IMG/VR virus record: IMGVR_UViG_3300025909_000005
Strand: one strand, 5' to 3'
DNA from: a virus
Lineage: Duplodnaviria; Caudoviricetes
Length of the DNA: 64,000 bases
Below the pieces are notes generated by a model. It ran no database searches and was not told the origin of the DNA. It was given only the letters and a program-made list of their open reading frames with translations. Position 1 is the stretch's first letter; each line of letters opens with the position of its first letter. The position numbers were made by a program, and so were the translations under genes. Below, piece by piece: positions 43,707-54,009 of this stretch.

Positions 43707-46064
43707 ATGGAACAAACAAAAACAGTCGTCAAGCGTGACGGCAGCAGGGTCGACTTCGATCTTGCAAAGTGGCAAGCTCAAATTGCCAAGGTCTGCGAAG
43801 GAGTGGCAGACGTTTCGCCATCGATGATCGAGATGGCAGCTCAAGCACAGTTTCACGAGGGCATGACGACTCGTAAGCTGGACGAGATTGCACTGCGCTC
43901 GATGGTCGACCTGATCGATGAGACAGAGCACCCTGACGTGGGCAACGTCAACTACCAGTTCGCCGCTGGTAAGCAGCGAATCACGATGCTCCGCAAGGAC
44001 GTCTACGGTCAGTACCAGCCACCGCGCCTGTACGAGATCGTCAAGAAGAACGTGGAGAAGAAGCTCTACACACCTGACCTTCTCGTGTGGTACACGGAAG
44101 AGGAGTGGGATCACCTCGAGCGCCACATCGACCACGAGAAGGATGAGCTCATGCCCTACGCGGCAGTTGACCAGCTCATCGAGAAGTACCTCGTCCAGAA
44201 CCGCGTGACAGGTGAGGTCGTTGAATCTCCACAGGTCCGCTACATGGTGGCCGCTGCAACTGCCTTCCACGCCGAGAAGAAGGATCGCCTCAAGTGGGTC
44301 AAGGAGTTCTACGCGTCTGCGTCGGACGGTCTGTTCACACTCGCAACTCCAGTCCTCGCTGGTCTTGGCACCAAGACGAAGCAGTTCAGCTCGTGCGTGC
44401 TCATCAAGTCTGACGACACGCTGAAGTCGATCTTCGCCTCTGGTCAGGTGCTCGCCGACTACGCCTCGAAGAAGGCCGGCATCGGTCTTGACGTCAGCCG
44501 TCTTCGTCCGCTGGGTGCACCAATTCGCCAAGGCGAGATCAAGCACACCGGTTACATTCCCTTCCTGAAGAAGTGGTTTGCTGACCTGCGTTCATGCTCG
44601 GCGGGTGGCATCCGCAACGCCGCTGCAACTGTCACGTACCCAATCTGGCACTACCAGTTCGATGACCTCATCGTCCTCAAGAACAACCAAGGCACCGAAG
44701 AGAACCGCGTCCGCCACATGGACTACTCGGTCGTGCTCAATGCCTTCTTCTGGCGTCGCCTGAAGCAGCAGGGCATCATCACGTTCTTCGACCCGAACGA
44801 AGTGCCTGAGATGTACGAGACCTTCTACCGTGACACGGCTGAGTTCGAGAAGCTGTACGAGTACAACGAGAAGAACGCCGCCAAGCTTGGTCTCCGCACC
44901 AAGTCGATGCCAGCTGAGACGGTCTTCAAGGACATGCTCGTCAAGGAGCGTGGTGAAACTGGCCGCATCTACCTGCTGAACATCGACAACGTGATGAACC
45001 AGGGTCCGTTCGATGCGTCGATCCACCCGATCTACCAGTCGAACCTCTGCCAAGAGATCATGCTGCCGACCCGCGCCTTCCAAACGGTTGACGACATGAA
45101 CGGTCGCATCGCGCTCTGCACCTTGGGCTCGATGAACTGGGGAGCCTTCCGTCACCCAGAAGAGATGCGCCGTCCACTGCGTCAGCTGCAGCGCATGCTG
45201 CACAACCTGCTGCAGTACCAAGACTTCCTGACCATCCAGTCTGAGCTCCACAACAAGGAGTTCGAGCCGCTCGGTATCGGCATCACGAACCTCGCCTACT
45301 GGCATGCCAAGCGCAAGCTCAAGTACGGTGAGACGGAAGCCCTTGCTGAAGTCAAGAAGTGGATGGAGCACATGTCGTTCTACGCGACTGAAGGCACCGT
45401 CGACCTGGCACAGGAGAAGGGAAAGTGCCTGGAATCTGACAATACCTGGTACGGTCGTGGCGTGTTCACTCACGAACGTCGTGCAAAGGGTGTCAACGAG
45501 CTGACCGACTTCACGCCGTCTCCTGACCTGGCATGGGAGCAGCTTCGTGAACGCATGAAGGTCTACGGCGTCCGCAACGCCACGACCATCGCGCTGCCAC
45601 CAGTTGAGTCCTCGTCTGTCGCCATCTCTGGTGTCGGCTCCACGAACGGCATCTCCTTTGTCAAGAACCTGATCACGATCAAGTCCTCGAAGGCAGGTGA
45701 CTTCGCTCAAGTCGTTCCCGAGTACAAGAAGCTCAAGAACTACTACCAGCTTCTGTGGGACCAGCCAGACTGCATCGAGTACCTGAAGACGGTTGCTGTG
45801 CTGCAGGCCTACACCGACCAGGGCATCTCGTGCGACACGTTCTACTCGCCGAAGTTCTTCCCTGAAGGCAAGATTCCTGTCACACTCGTGATCAAGAACC
45901 TCATGCTGTTCCACTACTGGGGCGGCAAGTCCAACTACTACCACCTCGTCGACAAGCAGGCGCTCATTGACAGCCTGTCTGCCGAGAAGACGGACAGCCA
46001 CGTGGAGTTTGAACCGCTTCCCGAGATTGAAGAAGACGAATACTGCGAGGCGTGTGTTCTGTGA
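43707..46064 (+). CDS. nrdA: Class Ia ribonucleotide reductase alpha subunit
   Basis: ATP-cone (VVKRDG), ATPV, FSSCVL, SNLCQEI and C-terminal CEACVL. Confidence 0.96.
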   Translation: MEQTKTVVKRDGSRVDFDLAKWQAQIAKVCEGVADVSPSMIEMAAQAQFHEGMTTRKLDEIALRSMVDLIDETEHPDVGNVNYQFAAGKQRITMLRKDVYGQYQPPRLYEIVKKNVEKKLYTPDLLVWYTEEEWDHLERHIDHEKDELMPYAAVDQLIEKYLVQNRVTGEVVESPQVRYMVAAATAFHAEKKDRLKWVKEFYASASDGLFTLATPVLAGLGTKTKQFSSCVLIKSDDTLKSIFASGQVLADYASKKAGIGLDVSRLRPLGAPIRQGEIKHTGYIPFLKKWFADLRSCSAGGIRNAAATVTYPIWHYQFDDLIVLKNNQGTEENRVRHMDYSVVLNAFFWRRLKQQGIITFFDPNEVPEMYETFYRDTAEFEKLYEYNEKNAAKLGLRTKSMPAETVFKDMLVKERGETGRIYLLNIDNVMNQGPFDASIHPIYQSNLCQEIMLPTRAFQTVDDMNGRIALCTLGSMNWGAFRHPEEMRRPLRQLQRMLHNLLQYQDFLTIQSELHNKEFEPLGIGITNLAYWHAKRKLKYGETEALAEVKKWMEHMSFYATEGTVDLAQEKGKCLESDNTWYGRGVFTHERRAKGVNELTDFTPSPDLAWEQLRERMKVYGVRNATTIALPPVESSSVAISGVGSTNGISFVKNLITIKSSKAGDFAQVVPEYKKLKNYYQLLWDQPDCIEYLKTVAVLQAYTDQGISCDTFYSPKFFPEGKIPVTLVIKNLMLFHYWGGKSNYYHLVDKQALIDSLSAEKTDSHVEFEPLPEIEEDEYCEACVL

Positions 46065-46264
46065 CAAGAGAAGAGTTTGACATCGAACTCCGTAAAGTGT
46101 GCGACGCGACAAAGGGTTGCGTCGTCTTCACGGGTTCACCAACACGAAGCGACGCCTTCCTCGGCGAATTTTCGTTCGACGCCGCATGGCGGTTGTGGCT
46201 GAGAGATGGTTACACCGGCATGCGCGTGACGACCGAAGAAGAGAGCAACGACGAAATTTTCTAA
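46061..46264 (+). CDS. Hypothetical protein between nrdA and nrdB
   Basis: GTGA and TAATG overlaps at both ends. Confidence 0.5.
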   Translation: MTREEFDIELRKVCDATKGCVVFTGSPTRSDAFLGEFSFDAAWRLWLRDGYTGMRVTTEEESNDEIF

Positions 46265-47397
46265 TGAGCCAACTAGACTACACCAAGATTCCCGACTACG
46301 CCCACCGCCAGATGTTCCTGGACCCGGCAGGCCCAGTCACCATTCAGCGCTACGAAGAGTATGCGTTCCCAAAGCTGGCACAGTTCCTTGCGACACAGAA
46401 GGGCGCATTTTGGTCGCCAAATGAAGTGACGTTGATGAAGGATCAGATTGACTTCAAGGAAGCATCGAAGTCGACCCGCCACATCTACACGTCGAACCTT
46501 CTGCGTCAGACGATGCTCGACTCCATTCAGGGTCGTTCGCCTGTTCAGATCTTCACGCCTGTCTCGTCCGTGCCTGAGATGGAGGGCCTCGCCCTCTGGT
46601 GGTCGGCCTTCGAGCAGATCCACAGCGAGTCGTACTCGCACATCATCAAGAACATCTACCAGGTCCCAGTCGAGCAGTTCAACGCCATTCACGGCATCTC
46701 TGAGATCACCGAGATGGCCTCAGGCATCGACCTCCACTACAACCACTTGCACGAGCTGAACTCCAAGATCGTCGCCTACCAGAAGGCCAAGCGAGAAGGT
46801 GCTCCTGCAATCGTGCTGAAGTGGCTCGAGGTCACCGAGCATGACCACGTCAAGGCAATCTGGATGGCGCTCATCGCGTCCTACGGCCTTGAAGCGATTC
46901 GCTTCATGGTCTCGTTCGCGACGTCCCTCGGCATGGTCGAGAACAAGATCTTCATCGGTTCAGGCAACCTCATCTCCCTGATTCTGCAGGACGAAACGCT
47001 TCACACGAAGTGGACCGCCTACATCATCAACCAACTGGTGAAGGTTGACCCACGTTTCCGTGAAGTCGCCAACGAACTGCGCAAGGAAACCCTGGACGCC
47101 CTCATCTCAGTCATCGATGAAGAGAAGAACTGGGCACGCTACCTCTTCAAGGAAGGCCCAATGATCGGCCTAAACGAGAAGATCATGGTGGACTTCGTCG
47201 ATCACACAGCTCCACTGAAGCTTGCTGAGATCGGTGTCAAGATTCCGACGCGTGTCAAGTCGACCCCGCTGCCGTGGTACAACAAGCACTTCAACACAAA
47301 CAAGAAGCAGACTGCGCTCCAGGAAAACGAGAGCGTCAGCTACGTCCTTGGTGCCATGACAAGCACCATCAACTACGAAGAACTTCCTTCCCTCTAA
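46264..47397 (+). CDS. nrdB: Class Ia ribonucleotide reductase beta subunit
   Basis: LDSIQGR, EQIHSESY (radical Tyr), LEAIRF and DETLH di-iron motifs. Confidence 0.95.
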   Translation: MSQLDYTKIPDYAHRQMFLDPAGPVTIQRYEEYAFPKLAQFLATQKGAFWSPNEVTLMKDQIDFKEASKSTRHIYTSNLLRQTMLDSIQGRSPVQIFTPVSSVPEMEGLALWWSAFEQIHSESYSHIIKNIYQVPVEQFNAIHGISEITEMASGIDLHYNHLHELNSKIVAYQKAKREGAPAIVLKWLEVTEHDHVKAIWMALIASYGLEAIRFMVSFATSLGMVENKIFIGSGNLISLILQDETLHTKWTAYIINQLVKVDPRFREVANELRKETLDALISVIDEEKNWARYLFKEGPMIGLNEKIMVDFVDHTAPLKLAEIGVKIPTRVKSTPLPWYNKHFNTNKKQTALQENESVSYVLGAMTSTINYEELPSL

Positions 47398-47405
47398 GGA
47401 GCAAC

Positions 47406-47624
47406 ATGTACACCGTTTTCACGAAAGACAACTGCACGTTCTGCGACCAAGCCAAGGCTCTCCTCACTACGAAGGGCATCCCCTTCTCCGTGAAGAAGCT
47501 GGGTGAGGACATCACCCGTGACGAGCTTCTCGCTCTCATTCCTACCGCCCGCACCATGCCCCAGATCCTGAAGGATGGTCAACCTATCGGTGGCTTCACG
47601 GAGCTTCGCGCACAACTTCAGTGA
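47406..47624 (+). CDS. Glutaredoxin
   Basis: CTFC active site, TMPQI and IGGFTEL; AAGGAG SD. Confidence 0.92.
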   Translation: MYTVFTKDNCTFCDQAKALLTTKGIPFSVKKLGEDITRDELLALIPTARTMPQILKDGQPIGGFTELRAQLQ

Positions 47625-47662
47625 TGTACTTTCGGGTGGTTGCAGATTATAATGGACCTATG
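47624..47662 (+). promoter_or_regulatory. Early promoter ATGTAC-N18-TATAAT-GGACCT-ATG (leaderless type)
   Basis: Recurrent motif. Confidence 0.65.
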
Positions 47663-47956
47663 ACCACCCAACTCAACATTCCCGCGTCGGCCTTGGCAGC
47701 AGAAAAGTGCGCCAAGGCCGACGGTGTTTCGGACATCGTCAAGTGGATGGACGAGCAGCTGAAGGCGCAGACCAAGGCTGTCGAGTCTGCCCGCAAGGAC
47801 CGTGCTTCGTTCGGCATGTACGAGGACTGCGGTGAGTTCTACGTGACCCGCGTTTACGAGGAGGAAGCCCGACTCGCGACGATGCTCTCGTGGAAGATCA
47901 GCACGGAGAAGTACATGAAGAAGCTCCGTCACGAAGCACGAGAGGCCCTCGAATGA
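47660..47956 (+). CDS. Hypothetical early protein
   Basis: Start abuts a promoter. Confidence 0.65.
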   Translation: MTTQLNIPASALAAEKCAKADGVSDIVKWMDEQLKAQTKAVESARKDRASFGMYEDCGEFYVTRVYEEEARLATMLSWKISTEKYMKKLRHEAREALE

Positions 47957-48108
47957 AACCAATCTACGCCATCATCGCAGGTGTCGCTCTTGCCCTGATC
48001 GGCACCTACTTCTACGCGGTGGTCCGAATGGACCCCGCAATCTTCCTCAGCGCTCTCGGTGGGGCCATCACGGCTGACGGCATTCGCCGCTATCGGGAGG
48101 CGCGATGA
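47953..48108 (+). CDS. Small membrane protein
   Basis: Two hydrophobic stretches; ATGA overlaps. Confidence 0.55.
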   Translation: MKPIYAIIAGVALALIGTYFYAVVRMDPAIFLSALGGAITADGIRRYREAR

Positions 48109-48389
48109 AGCGCAAGAAGATGCTCTACACGCCCGAGCCCGCCCTGAAGCGGCTCGTGGAGCTGGCCAAGAAGGAGCTCAAGCAGCAGATCGAGGCAGGT
48201 GTACCGCCCATGAACAAGCAGCGGTGCCGAAACCAAGCGATCGTGAACTACTCCGAGGGTTGCGTGAACCTCGAGGGCTGCCACCACCACTTCATGAACA
48301 TGTGCGGTGACTATGGCCTGACCGGCGAGGAAGCTGCGCTGCTCAACACTATCACGGCGAAGTACGCCGACTACTACGACAGGAAGTAG
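48105..48389 (+). CDS. Hypothetical protein
   Basis: GGGAGG SD. Confidence 0.6.
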   Translation: MKRKKMLYTPEPALKRLVELAKKELKQQIEAGVPPMNKQRCRNQAIVNYSEGCVNLEGCHHHFMNMCGDYGLTGEEAALLNTITAKYADYYDRK

Positions 48390-48391
48390 CC

Positions 48392-48592
48392 ATGACGGTC
48401 CTCTTTGTCTTCACTTTCGGGATCGTGTTCATCGTCGCTGCGACGTTGGCGTACCTCGCCTCCTTGGACCGCCGCTCATACGTGCAGACGCGAGCCAAAC
48501 AGCCGGCCCGGGTCTACACCTACACCTGCAAGGGCTGTGGATCAGGAACCGAGACCGGAGCCGCCTGCTCGTACTGCCGTCTCCCTCGCTAA
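48392..48592 (+). CDS. Small membrane-anchored Zn-ribbon protein
   Basis: TM helix, then CKGC...CSYC. Confidence 0.6.
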   Translation: MTVLFVFTFGIVFIVAATLAYLASLDRRSYVQTRAKQPARVYTYTCKGCGSGTETGAACSYCRLPR

Positions 48593-48625
48593 GCGCGCGG
48601 GTAATAGCATTAGTGGCTAGATAGC

Positions 48626-48650
48626 GCCCGCTTTACGCGGGCTTTTTGTT
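48626..48650 (+). terminator. Rho-independent terminator
   Basis: GCCCGC-TTTAC-GCGGGC followed by TTTTT. Confidence 0.8.
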
Positions 48651-48689
48651 GCCTGCTCCTAAATATCGGATCAACTATAGGAGCAGATC

Positions 48690-49256
48690 TTGGCAGTAAC
48701 CCTCGACCAAGTCACACAGGCGGCTCAAGCCGCCGCACAGGCAGCTTCCACGGCTGCAAACGTCGCCGCCACTCTCAACACCAGCGTCGTCACAGTCTTT
48801 GGCTATCACCTGAACATCGCCAGTTTGGCGCTGGTTCTTGGCATCCTCGCCATTGTCTACTTCATCTACAGAACTCAGAGGTCTGAGAAGCTTGACTTTG
48901 CTGACATGCTCACCGCAGATGGTAGAAAGGTGTCAACATCAAAGATTCTCCAGCTGCTCGGTGGTCTGACGTCGACATGGTTCGTTCTGAAGACGGGCCT
49001 TGCAGGCACCCTCTCTCCTGAAATCTTCGGCATCTACCTCGTGTACGTTGGCGGTGTAGAAGGCTTCTCGAAGTTCATGATGGCGAAGTACAACTACTCT
49101 GAGACCTCGGTCAAGGACGCAGCTGCGGTACCACCGCCTGGTCCGAACGACGGCGGCAAGGATGTTGGACCGATCAAGGAAACGACGAAGACCACGCTCG
49201 ATTCTGATGGTAACGTTCTTAGCGTAGACAAGACGACTGAGAAGGGCACCAGCTAA
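48690..49256 (+). CDS. Holin-like membrane protein
   Basis: TTG start after AGGAG; TAAATA at 48660; three hydrophobic segments and a charged C-terminus. Confidence 0.45.
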   Translation: MAVTLDQVTQAAQAAAQAASTAANVAATLNTSVVTVFGYHLNIASLALVLGILAIVYFIYRTQRSEKLDFADMLTADGRKVSTSKILQLLGGLTSTWFVLKTGLAGTLSPEIFGIYLVYVGGVEGFSKFMMAKYNYSETSVKDAAAVPPPGPNDGGKDVGPIKETTKTTLDSDGNVLSVDKTTEKGTS

Positions 49257-49296
49257 CCTGGTCCTAAATAGAAGGTTCAAACCAGGAACCTTCATA

Positions 49297-52200
49297 ATGA
49301 GAATCAACTTCCGTCAGGGTCTAATCTCCTACACCAAGGACGGTACCGGTGCACCGCAGTTCCTGCTCGCATCGCAGACCCCGGGCTTCATCTCTCTGAT
49401 CGTTAGCCCAACCCCTGTCACGGCAACGTTTGCTCATGGTGGCTCAGACTACCTGCAGACGTTTGACGTGACGGTTCCAACCGCATGGGGTCCAGTACAA
49501 GGTTCCACACCGACGTACCTCTACTGGGACATCGACCTGCTGTCAGCAGCTGTCTCGTACGGTACCACCGTTCTTGAGCCGACCTTCGGCGCCACTCCTC
49601 CTCCAGCAGTCGAGGACCAGCACTGGTTTGACACGACCACGAACAAGATGCGGGTCTGGTCGGCCGCTGCCAACAAGTGGGTTGAGCGCGTCAGGTTGTT
49701 CGCAGGTTCAGTCATCGGCAGCCAGATCATTCCTCAGGAAGCTGGCTCACAGGTTGGACTGAACGTTCCCTCGAACGCGGGCTACATCATGCTCGACTCG
49801 CTGCTGCGCCCGTTCCGCACGTCAGCAGATGAGCTCCTGACTACCGACACGCCAGTTCGAATCAAGACAACGAGCGGCACGTCCGGCGTTCTCTCGACTC
49901 CACCAAGCGCCATCACCGCCGTTCGTGCGGCTCAGAACATTCCAGCCATGACGCTCGTCTACTTCGTAGGCGAGAACCTGGTTGCCGCTGCCTCGAGCGA
50001 CCCTGGCCTGGTTCAGCGCCAGATCCCAGTCGGTATCATCCAGCAGCCGCTCGCTGCAAACGAGATTGGCAACCTCTCACTACACGGCGCCATCACCTAC
50101 GACCAGTGGGACTGGAGCGACTCCCTTGGAAAGCCGGTCTACTGCAACTCGTACGGTCGCCTGACGACGTCACGTCCTCAAGGCGTGCTTGCGTACCGCA
50201 TCGGTACGATCCAGAACCACAACACGATCCTTCTTAACATCGATGCTGAGACGTTCCCGCAGGTCTACTCTCAGACCGCGAACGAGGTCATCATCGCAGG
50301 CACCGCGCCTGTCACGACCGTTGAGACGACGAACGACCTTGGTGAACGCGTTGTCACCATCTCGGTCGCGCCTTCAGACCCAAGCCAGCCGAGCTTGCTC
50401 ACGCCTGAGCAGGCGGCAGAGATTGCAAGCATCCAGCCTGGCTTCGACCACCTTCAGTCTGAGATTGACGCCACAAACCAGAGCGTTACTGACCTGCAGA
50501 GCGAGCTTGATGCCGACCTCATCGACATTCAGAACAAGCTTGACCAGAAGTTCGACGCTGACTACACGCCGTTCGACGCACGCTACGCACTGATCGACCA
50601 CAACCACGATGGTCGCTACGCGCCGCTCGTCCACACGCACGAGATCGTGGACGTGCTTGGTCTGCAAGATGCCCTCAACGCGAAGGCCGATCGCACCCAC
50701 CTCACCCAGCTTGATGAGGTCTACACGTCCGTCGATCGCACGGGCCTCACTGACGTTGGCACCGCACCGACACTGCCAGACATTCTCGACGGCCTCCAGA
50801 CCCAGCTCGACAACATTCCACCTGGTTACACCGACGCGCAGACAGATGCCCGCATTGCCTTGACTCCGCTCAGCGGCATCAAGGACGTCAAGTACACTGG
50901 CGTTCGCGCAGGCGGCGACGTACTGTCATTCGACCTTGGCACTGGCAACTGGACAAATCGCACGCTTCCTCAGTACATCGTCTCAGTCAATGGCAAGACA
51001 GGTACCGACATCGTCCTCACAACTGACGACATCGAGGAAGGCACCGTTCACCTCTTCTTCAATGAAGCGAACTTCCTGGTGCTCTTCAACTCGGCCATCT
51101 CGACTACCTCCATCAACGCCCTCGTTGACGTTCAGACGGAGTACACTGACGAGCATGGCCAGCACGTGTCTCCACAAGATGGTCAGGTTCTGACTTGGTC
51201 GGATCCTATCTCGCAGTGGATCCCGTCAACGATGCAGGTCAACGTCACCTCGGTGAACTCGAAGCTAGGCGATGTCGTTCTGACGACGACTGATGTGCTT
51301 GAGCCCGAAGGCGACAACCCACCGAACAAGTACTTCACGATTGGTCGCACCATTCAGGTGATGAACGATCAGCCACTCAAGACTCTCTCAGACATCGACA
51401 AGGCGATCTCGCCGCTGCCCTTTGACGTGCTTGCCTGGGACGGCGCCAAGTGGACGAACCTGGCACTGCCTGTCGCGCCTGTCCGCATGGTCTGCGGTTA
51501 CATTTCGGATGACTTCCCAAGCGGCAACATCGCGCTAACGACAGCGGACATCACTGAGGATCCAAGCAACCTCTACTGGACGCAGCGTCGCTTTGACGAT
51601 GCGTACCGTGAAAAGAAGATCGTCGGCCTGAAGGACTTCGCTGGAACGCCGCACAACGGCCAGTTCCTCGCGTTCTCTCAACCGCTCGACGAAGACGGCA
51701 ACCCAACTGGCGATGGCTACTGGGTTCCTACGCCGGCGCCTGGCGCGCCGGTCACGAGCGTAAACAACAAGACAGGGGCCGTTGTTCTGACGGCTGCTGA
51801 CTTCGGTATCTCTTCCTTCTACACAACGGCAGACTTCACGACTGACCTGAACGACCAGTTCCCGCACAAGATCAACAACACCTCGATCACGTCTCTCAAG
51901 AACGTGGCTGCAGGTGCACTTGACGGTGAGTTCCTCCAGTACGATGCCGCAAGCGACACGTGGCACGGTGGAGTTCCACCAACTGCGGTTGTTACGTCTG
52001 TTGCAACCAAGACTGGTGACATCACCCTCGTTCCTGGTGACATCGTCGAGCCAACAACCGTTGGAAATGCCACGCTGATCTTCTTCAGCGCGCAGCGCTT
52101 CAAGAACAACTTCCAGGCCTCTTCAATTGCTGACTTGGCTGACTTGAGCATCTCGAACCCACAGTCGAACGACACGCTGATCTTCAATGGAACCAAGTGG

Positions 52201-53262
52201 GCAAACGCTCCAGTTCCATCTGCTCCTGTCTTGACGGTTGCTGGTCGTACTGGCAACATCAGCCTGACGACAGACGACGTCGGTGAGGGCTCCAATCTCT
52301 ACTGGACCCAAACGCGCTTCACGAACGCGTTCACCTCGGCCTATCAGTCAAAGACCCTGAGTTCCCTCAAGGACATCAACGGCTACAGTGTCGCGAACGC
52401 TGGTCAGTACCTCAAGGCCTACGACAACGGCGATGGTACCCTGCACTGGGGTCCAGGTGATGCGCCTGGCGCACCCGTTACATCCGTCGCCGGTCGCACC
52501 GGTGCGATCACGCTGACAACGTCTGACGTCGCAGAAGGCAGCAACCAGTACTTCACGACTTCGCGCCTCTCTGCTGCGCTCGCCACCCTTTCGATCGACG
52601 GCTTCAATGACGTGACAACGACGTCTCCTGTTACAGGACAGGTTCTCAAGTGGAATGGTGTGCAGTGGGTCAATGACGTTGTCAACATTTCCAGCTCTGC
52701 TGTCATCTCGGCCCTTGGCTACACTCCAGCAAACGTGGGTGGTGATTCGTTCACTGGCCCGATCGGCTCGAACAACACCGTCACGGGTACGCGCTTTATC
52801 TCGACAACTGCAACAGGCACCGCTCCGCTGACCGTTGCAAGCACAACGCTCGTCACTAACCTGAATGCACAGCTCTTCAACTCGCAGTCTTCGACGTACT
52901 ACACTGACACGTACATGACGTTTGCGATCTCGGACGAGTCAACGACTCCAACCGTTGGCTCTGCCAAGATCACGTTCCGTGCCCCGTACGCCATCACGCT
53001 GACGCAGATTCCACGCCTGTCGCTGACCGCATCTGGTTCTTCTGGCCTGACAACGGTCGACATCAAGCTTGCAGGTACAACCATTCTTGGTTCAGCAAAG
53101 CTCTCGATCGACGCCACTGAAAAGACCTCTGTCACGGCAGCAACACCTACAACGCTGGCTGTTACATCAATCCCTGATGACGGTGAAATCACGGTCGACC
53201 TCAACGCCATCGGTACTGGCGCAACAGGTCTCAAGGTCACTCTCTATTTCCGCAAGACGTAA
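49297..53262 (+). CDS. Long tail-fibre-like virion protein with about 7 internal repeats
   Basis: TAAATA at 49265; repeated V(T/L)SV..(K/R)TG...LTT.D(V/I).EG.N.Y(F/W)T..R units. Confidence 0.72.
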   Translation: MRINFRQGLISYTKDGTGAPQFLLASQTPGFISLIVSPTPVTATFAHGGSDYLQTFDVTVPTAWGPVQGSTPTYLYWDIDLLSAAVSYGTTVLEPTFGATPPPAVEDQHWFDTTTNKMRVWSAAANKWVERVRLFAGSVIGSQIIPQEAGSQVGLNVPSNAGYIMLDSLLRPFRTSADELLTTDTPVRIKTTSGTSGVLSTPPSAITAVRAAQNIPAMTLVYFVGENLVAAASSDPGLVQRQIPVGIIQQPLAANEIGNLSLHGAITYDQWDWSDSLGKPVYCNSYGRLTTSRPQGVLAYRIGTIQNHNTILLNIDAETFPQVYSQTANEVIIAGTAPVTTVETTNDLGERVVTISVAPSDPSQPSLLTPEQAAEIASIQPGFDHLQSEIDATNQSVTDLQSELDADLIDIQNKLDQKFDADYTPFDARYALIDHNHDGRYAPLVHTHEIVDVLGLQDALNAKADRTHLTQLDEVYTSVDRTGLTDVGTAPTLPDILDGLQTQLDNIPPGYTDAQTDARIALTPLSGIKDVKYTGVRAGGDVLSFDLGTGNWTNRTLPQYIVSVNGKTGTDIVLTTDDIEEGTVHLFFNEANFLVLFNSAISTTSINALVDVQTEYTDEHGQHVSPQDGQVLTWSDPISQWIPSTMQVNVTSVNSKLGDVVLTTTDVLEPEGDNPPNKYFTIGRTIQVMNDQPLKTLSDIDKAISPLPFDVLAWDGAKWTNLALPVAPVRMVCGYISDDFPSGNIALTTADITEDPSNLYWTQRRFDDAYREKKIVGLKDFAGTPHNGQFLAFSQPLDEDGNPTGDGYWVPTPAPGAPVTSVNNKTGAVVLTAADFGISSFYTTADFTTDLNDQFPHKINNTSITSLKNVAAGALDGEFLQYDAASDTWHGGVPPTAVVTSVATKTGDITLVPGDIVEPTTVGNATLIFFSAQRFKNNFQASSIADLADLSISNPQSNDTLIFNGTKWANAPVPSAPVLTVAGRTGNISLTTDDVGEGSNLYWTQTRFTNAFTSAYQSKTLSSLKDINGYSVANAGQYLKAYDNGDGTLHWGPGDAPGAPVTSVAGRTGAITLTTSDVAEGSNQYFTTSRLSAALATLSIDGFNDVTTTSPVTGQVLKWNGVQWVNDVVNISSSAVISALGYTPANVGGDSFTGPIGSNNTVTGTRFISTTATGTAPLTVASTTLVTNLNAQLFNSQSSTYYTDTYMTFAISDESTTPTVGSAKITFRAPYAITLTQIPRLSLTASGSSGLTTVDIKLAGTTILGSAKLSIDATEKTSVTAATPTTLAVTSIPDDGEITVDLNAIGTGATGLKVTLYFRKT

Positions 53263-53972
53263 TGCCCTTTCTTCTGAACCCTTACGCCCTGGCGCCGACG
53301 ATCGTTGTCCCTCATGACCCGCTTTTCGCGAACGTAACACTCCTCACAAACGTCGTGGGTGGTTCGATCGTCGATCAGTCCCAGTATGGCAACACACTCA
53401 CGCCGACAGGCGTCACGGTAGACACAGTCAACGTGGCCATCGCTGGTACGTCGTCAATGAAGTTCACGAGCACGAGCTTCATCTCTGTCACGCCGTACAC
53501 AGCGGCAAAGTTCGATCTGTCCTCTACCAACAAAATCTGGACAGTCGAGGCGTACGTTTACCTCGATGGCAACCAGTCATCGATTCCATCCCTGCGTCTC
53601 GACATCGCTGGCAATCAAGGCGCAAGCACTGGCTGGGAATGTGACATCTCTTCCAGCGCCATTGGCATGACCTTCCCAGGCTTTGGTGGACCTGCACTCG
53701 GCGCCCATGCCGTTGGCAACCAGGGCTGGCACCACATCGTCTGGCAGCGGAACAACTCGTCCTACACAGCGGGCGAGGACGGCAACATGTACTCAGCCGT
53801 CACGTACACGGGTGGTGGTGGAGCGAACAACTTCATGAAGATCGGTGGCAACTTGAACAACTCGACCACCATTGCCTACCACATCCAGAACCTGCGCATG
53901 ACCGTCGGTGTGAACCGCTACGCCATGTCGACTGGAGGTTACACAGTTCCTACAACGTTCCCTACGTCGTAG
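53262..53972 (+). CDS. LamG/concanavalin-like lectin-domain fibre-associated protein
   Basis: DPLFANVTLL, WTVEAYVY, WHHIVWQR and IQNLRMTVGVNRY motifs. Confidence 0.7.
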   Translation: MPFLLNPYALAPTIVVPHDPLFANVTLLTNVVGGSIVDQSQYGNTLTPTGVTVDTVNVAIAGTSSMKFTSTSFISVTPYTAAKFDLSSTNKIWTVEAYVYLDGNQSSIPSLRLDIAGNQGASTGWECDISSSAIGMTFPGFGGPALGAHAVGNQGWHHIVWQRNNSSYTAGEDGNMYSAVTYTGGGGANNFMKIGGNLNNSTTIAYHIQNLRMTVGVNRYAMSTGGYTVPTTFPTS

Positions 53973-54009
53973 TGTACAATGGGCGCTAGCTGGACTATAA
54001 TCAGCTATG
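53972..54009 (+). promoter_or_regulatory. Early promoter GTGTAC-N18-TATAAT-CAGCT-ATG (leaderless type)
   Basis: Recurrent motif. Confidence 0.65.

Noticed and set aside
1555-46112. Long antisense ORFs (e.g. 1555..3165, 22408..23259, 32848..34416, 36144..37019, 44592..46112)
   Set aside because: They shadow well-supported plus-strand genes, as expected with strong GC3 bias, and show no recognisable motifs.
22393-47397. Inteins or introns in gp17, uvsX, uvsW, nrdA or nrdB
   Set aside because: Lengths and motif spacing are normal, with no splice motifs or interruptions seen.
48593-48650. tRNA-like start (GCGCGGG-TA...) with a stem-loop that could present a UUA anticodon (ochre suppressor)
   Set aside because: No T-arm (GTTCRA) or matching acceptor 3' strand follows. 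The hairpin plus T-run is better explained as a terminator.
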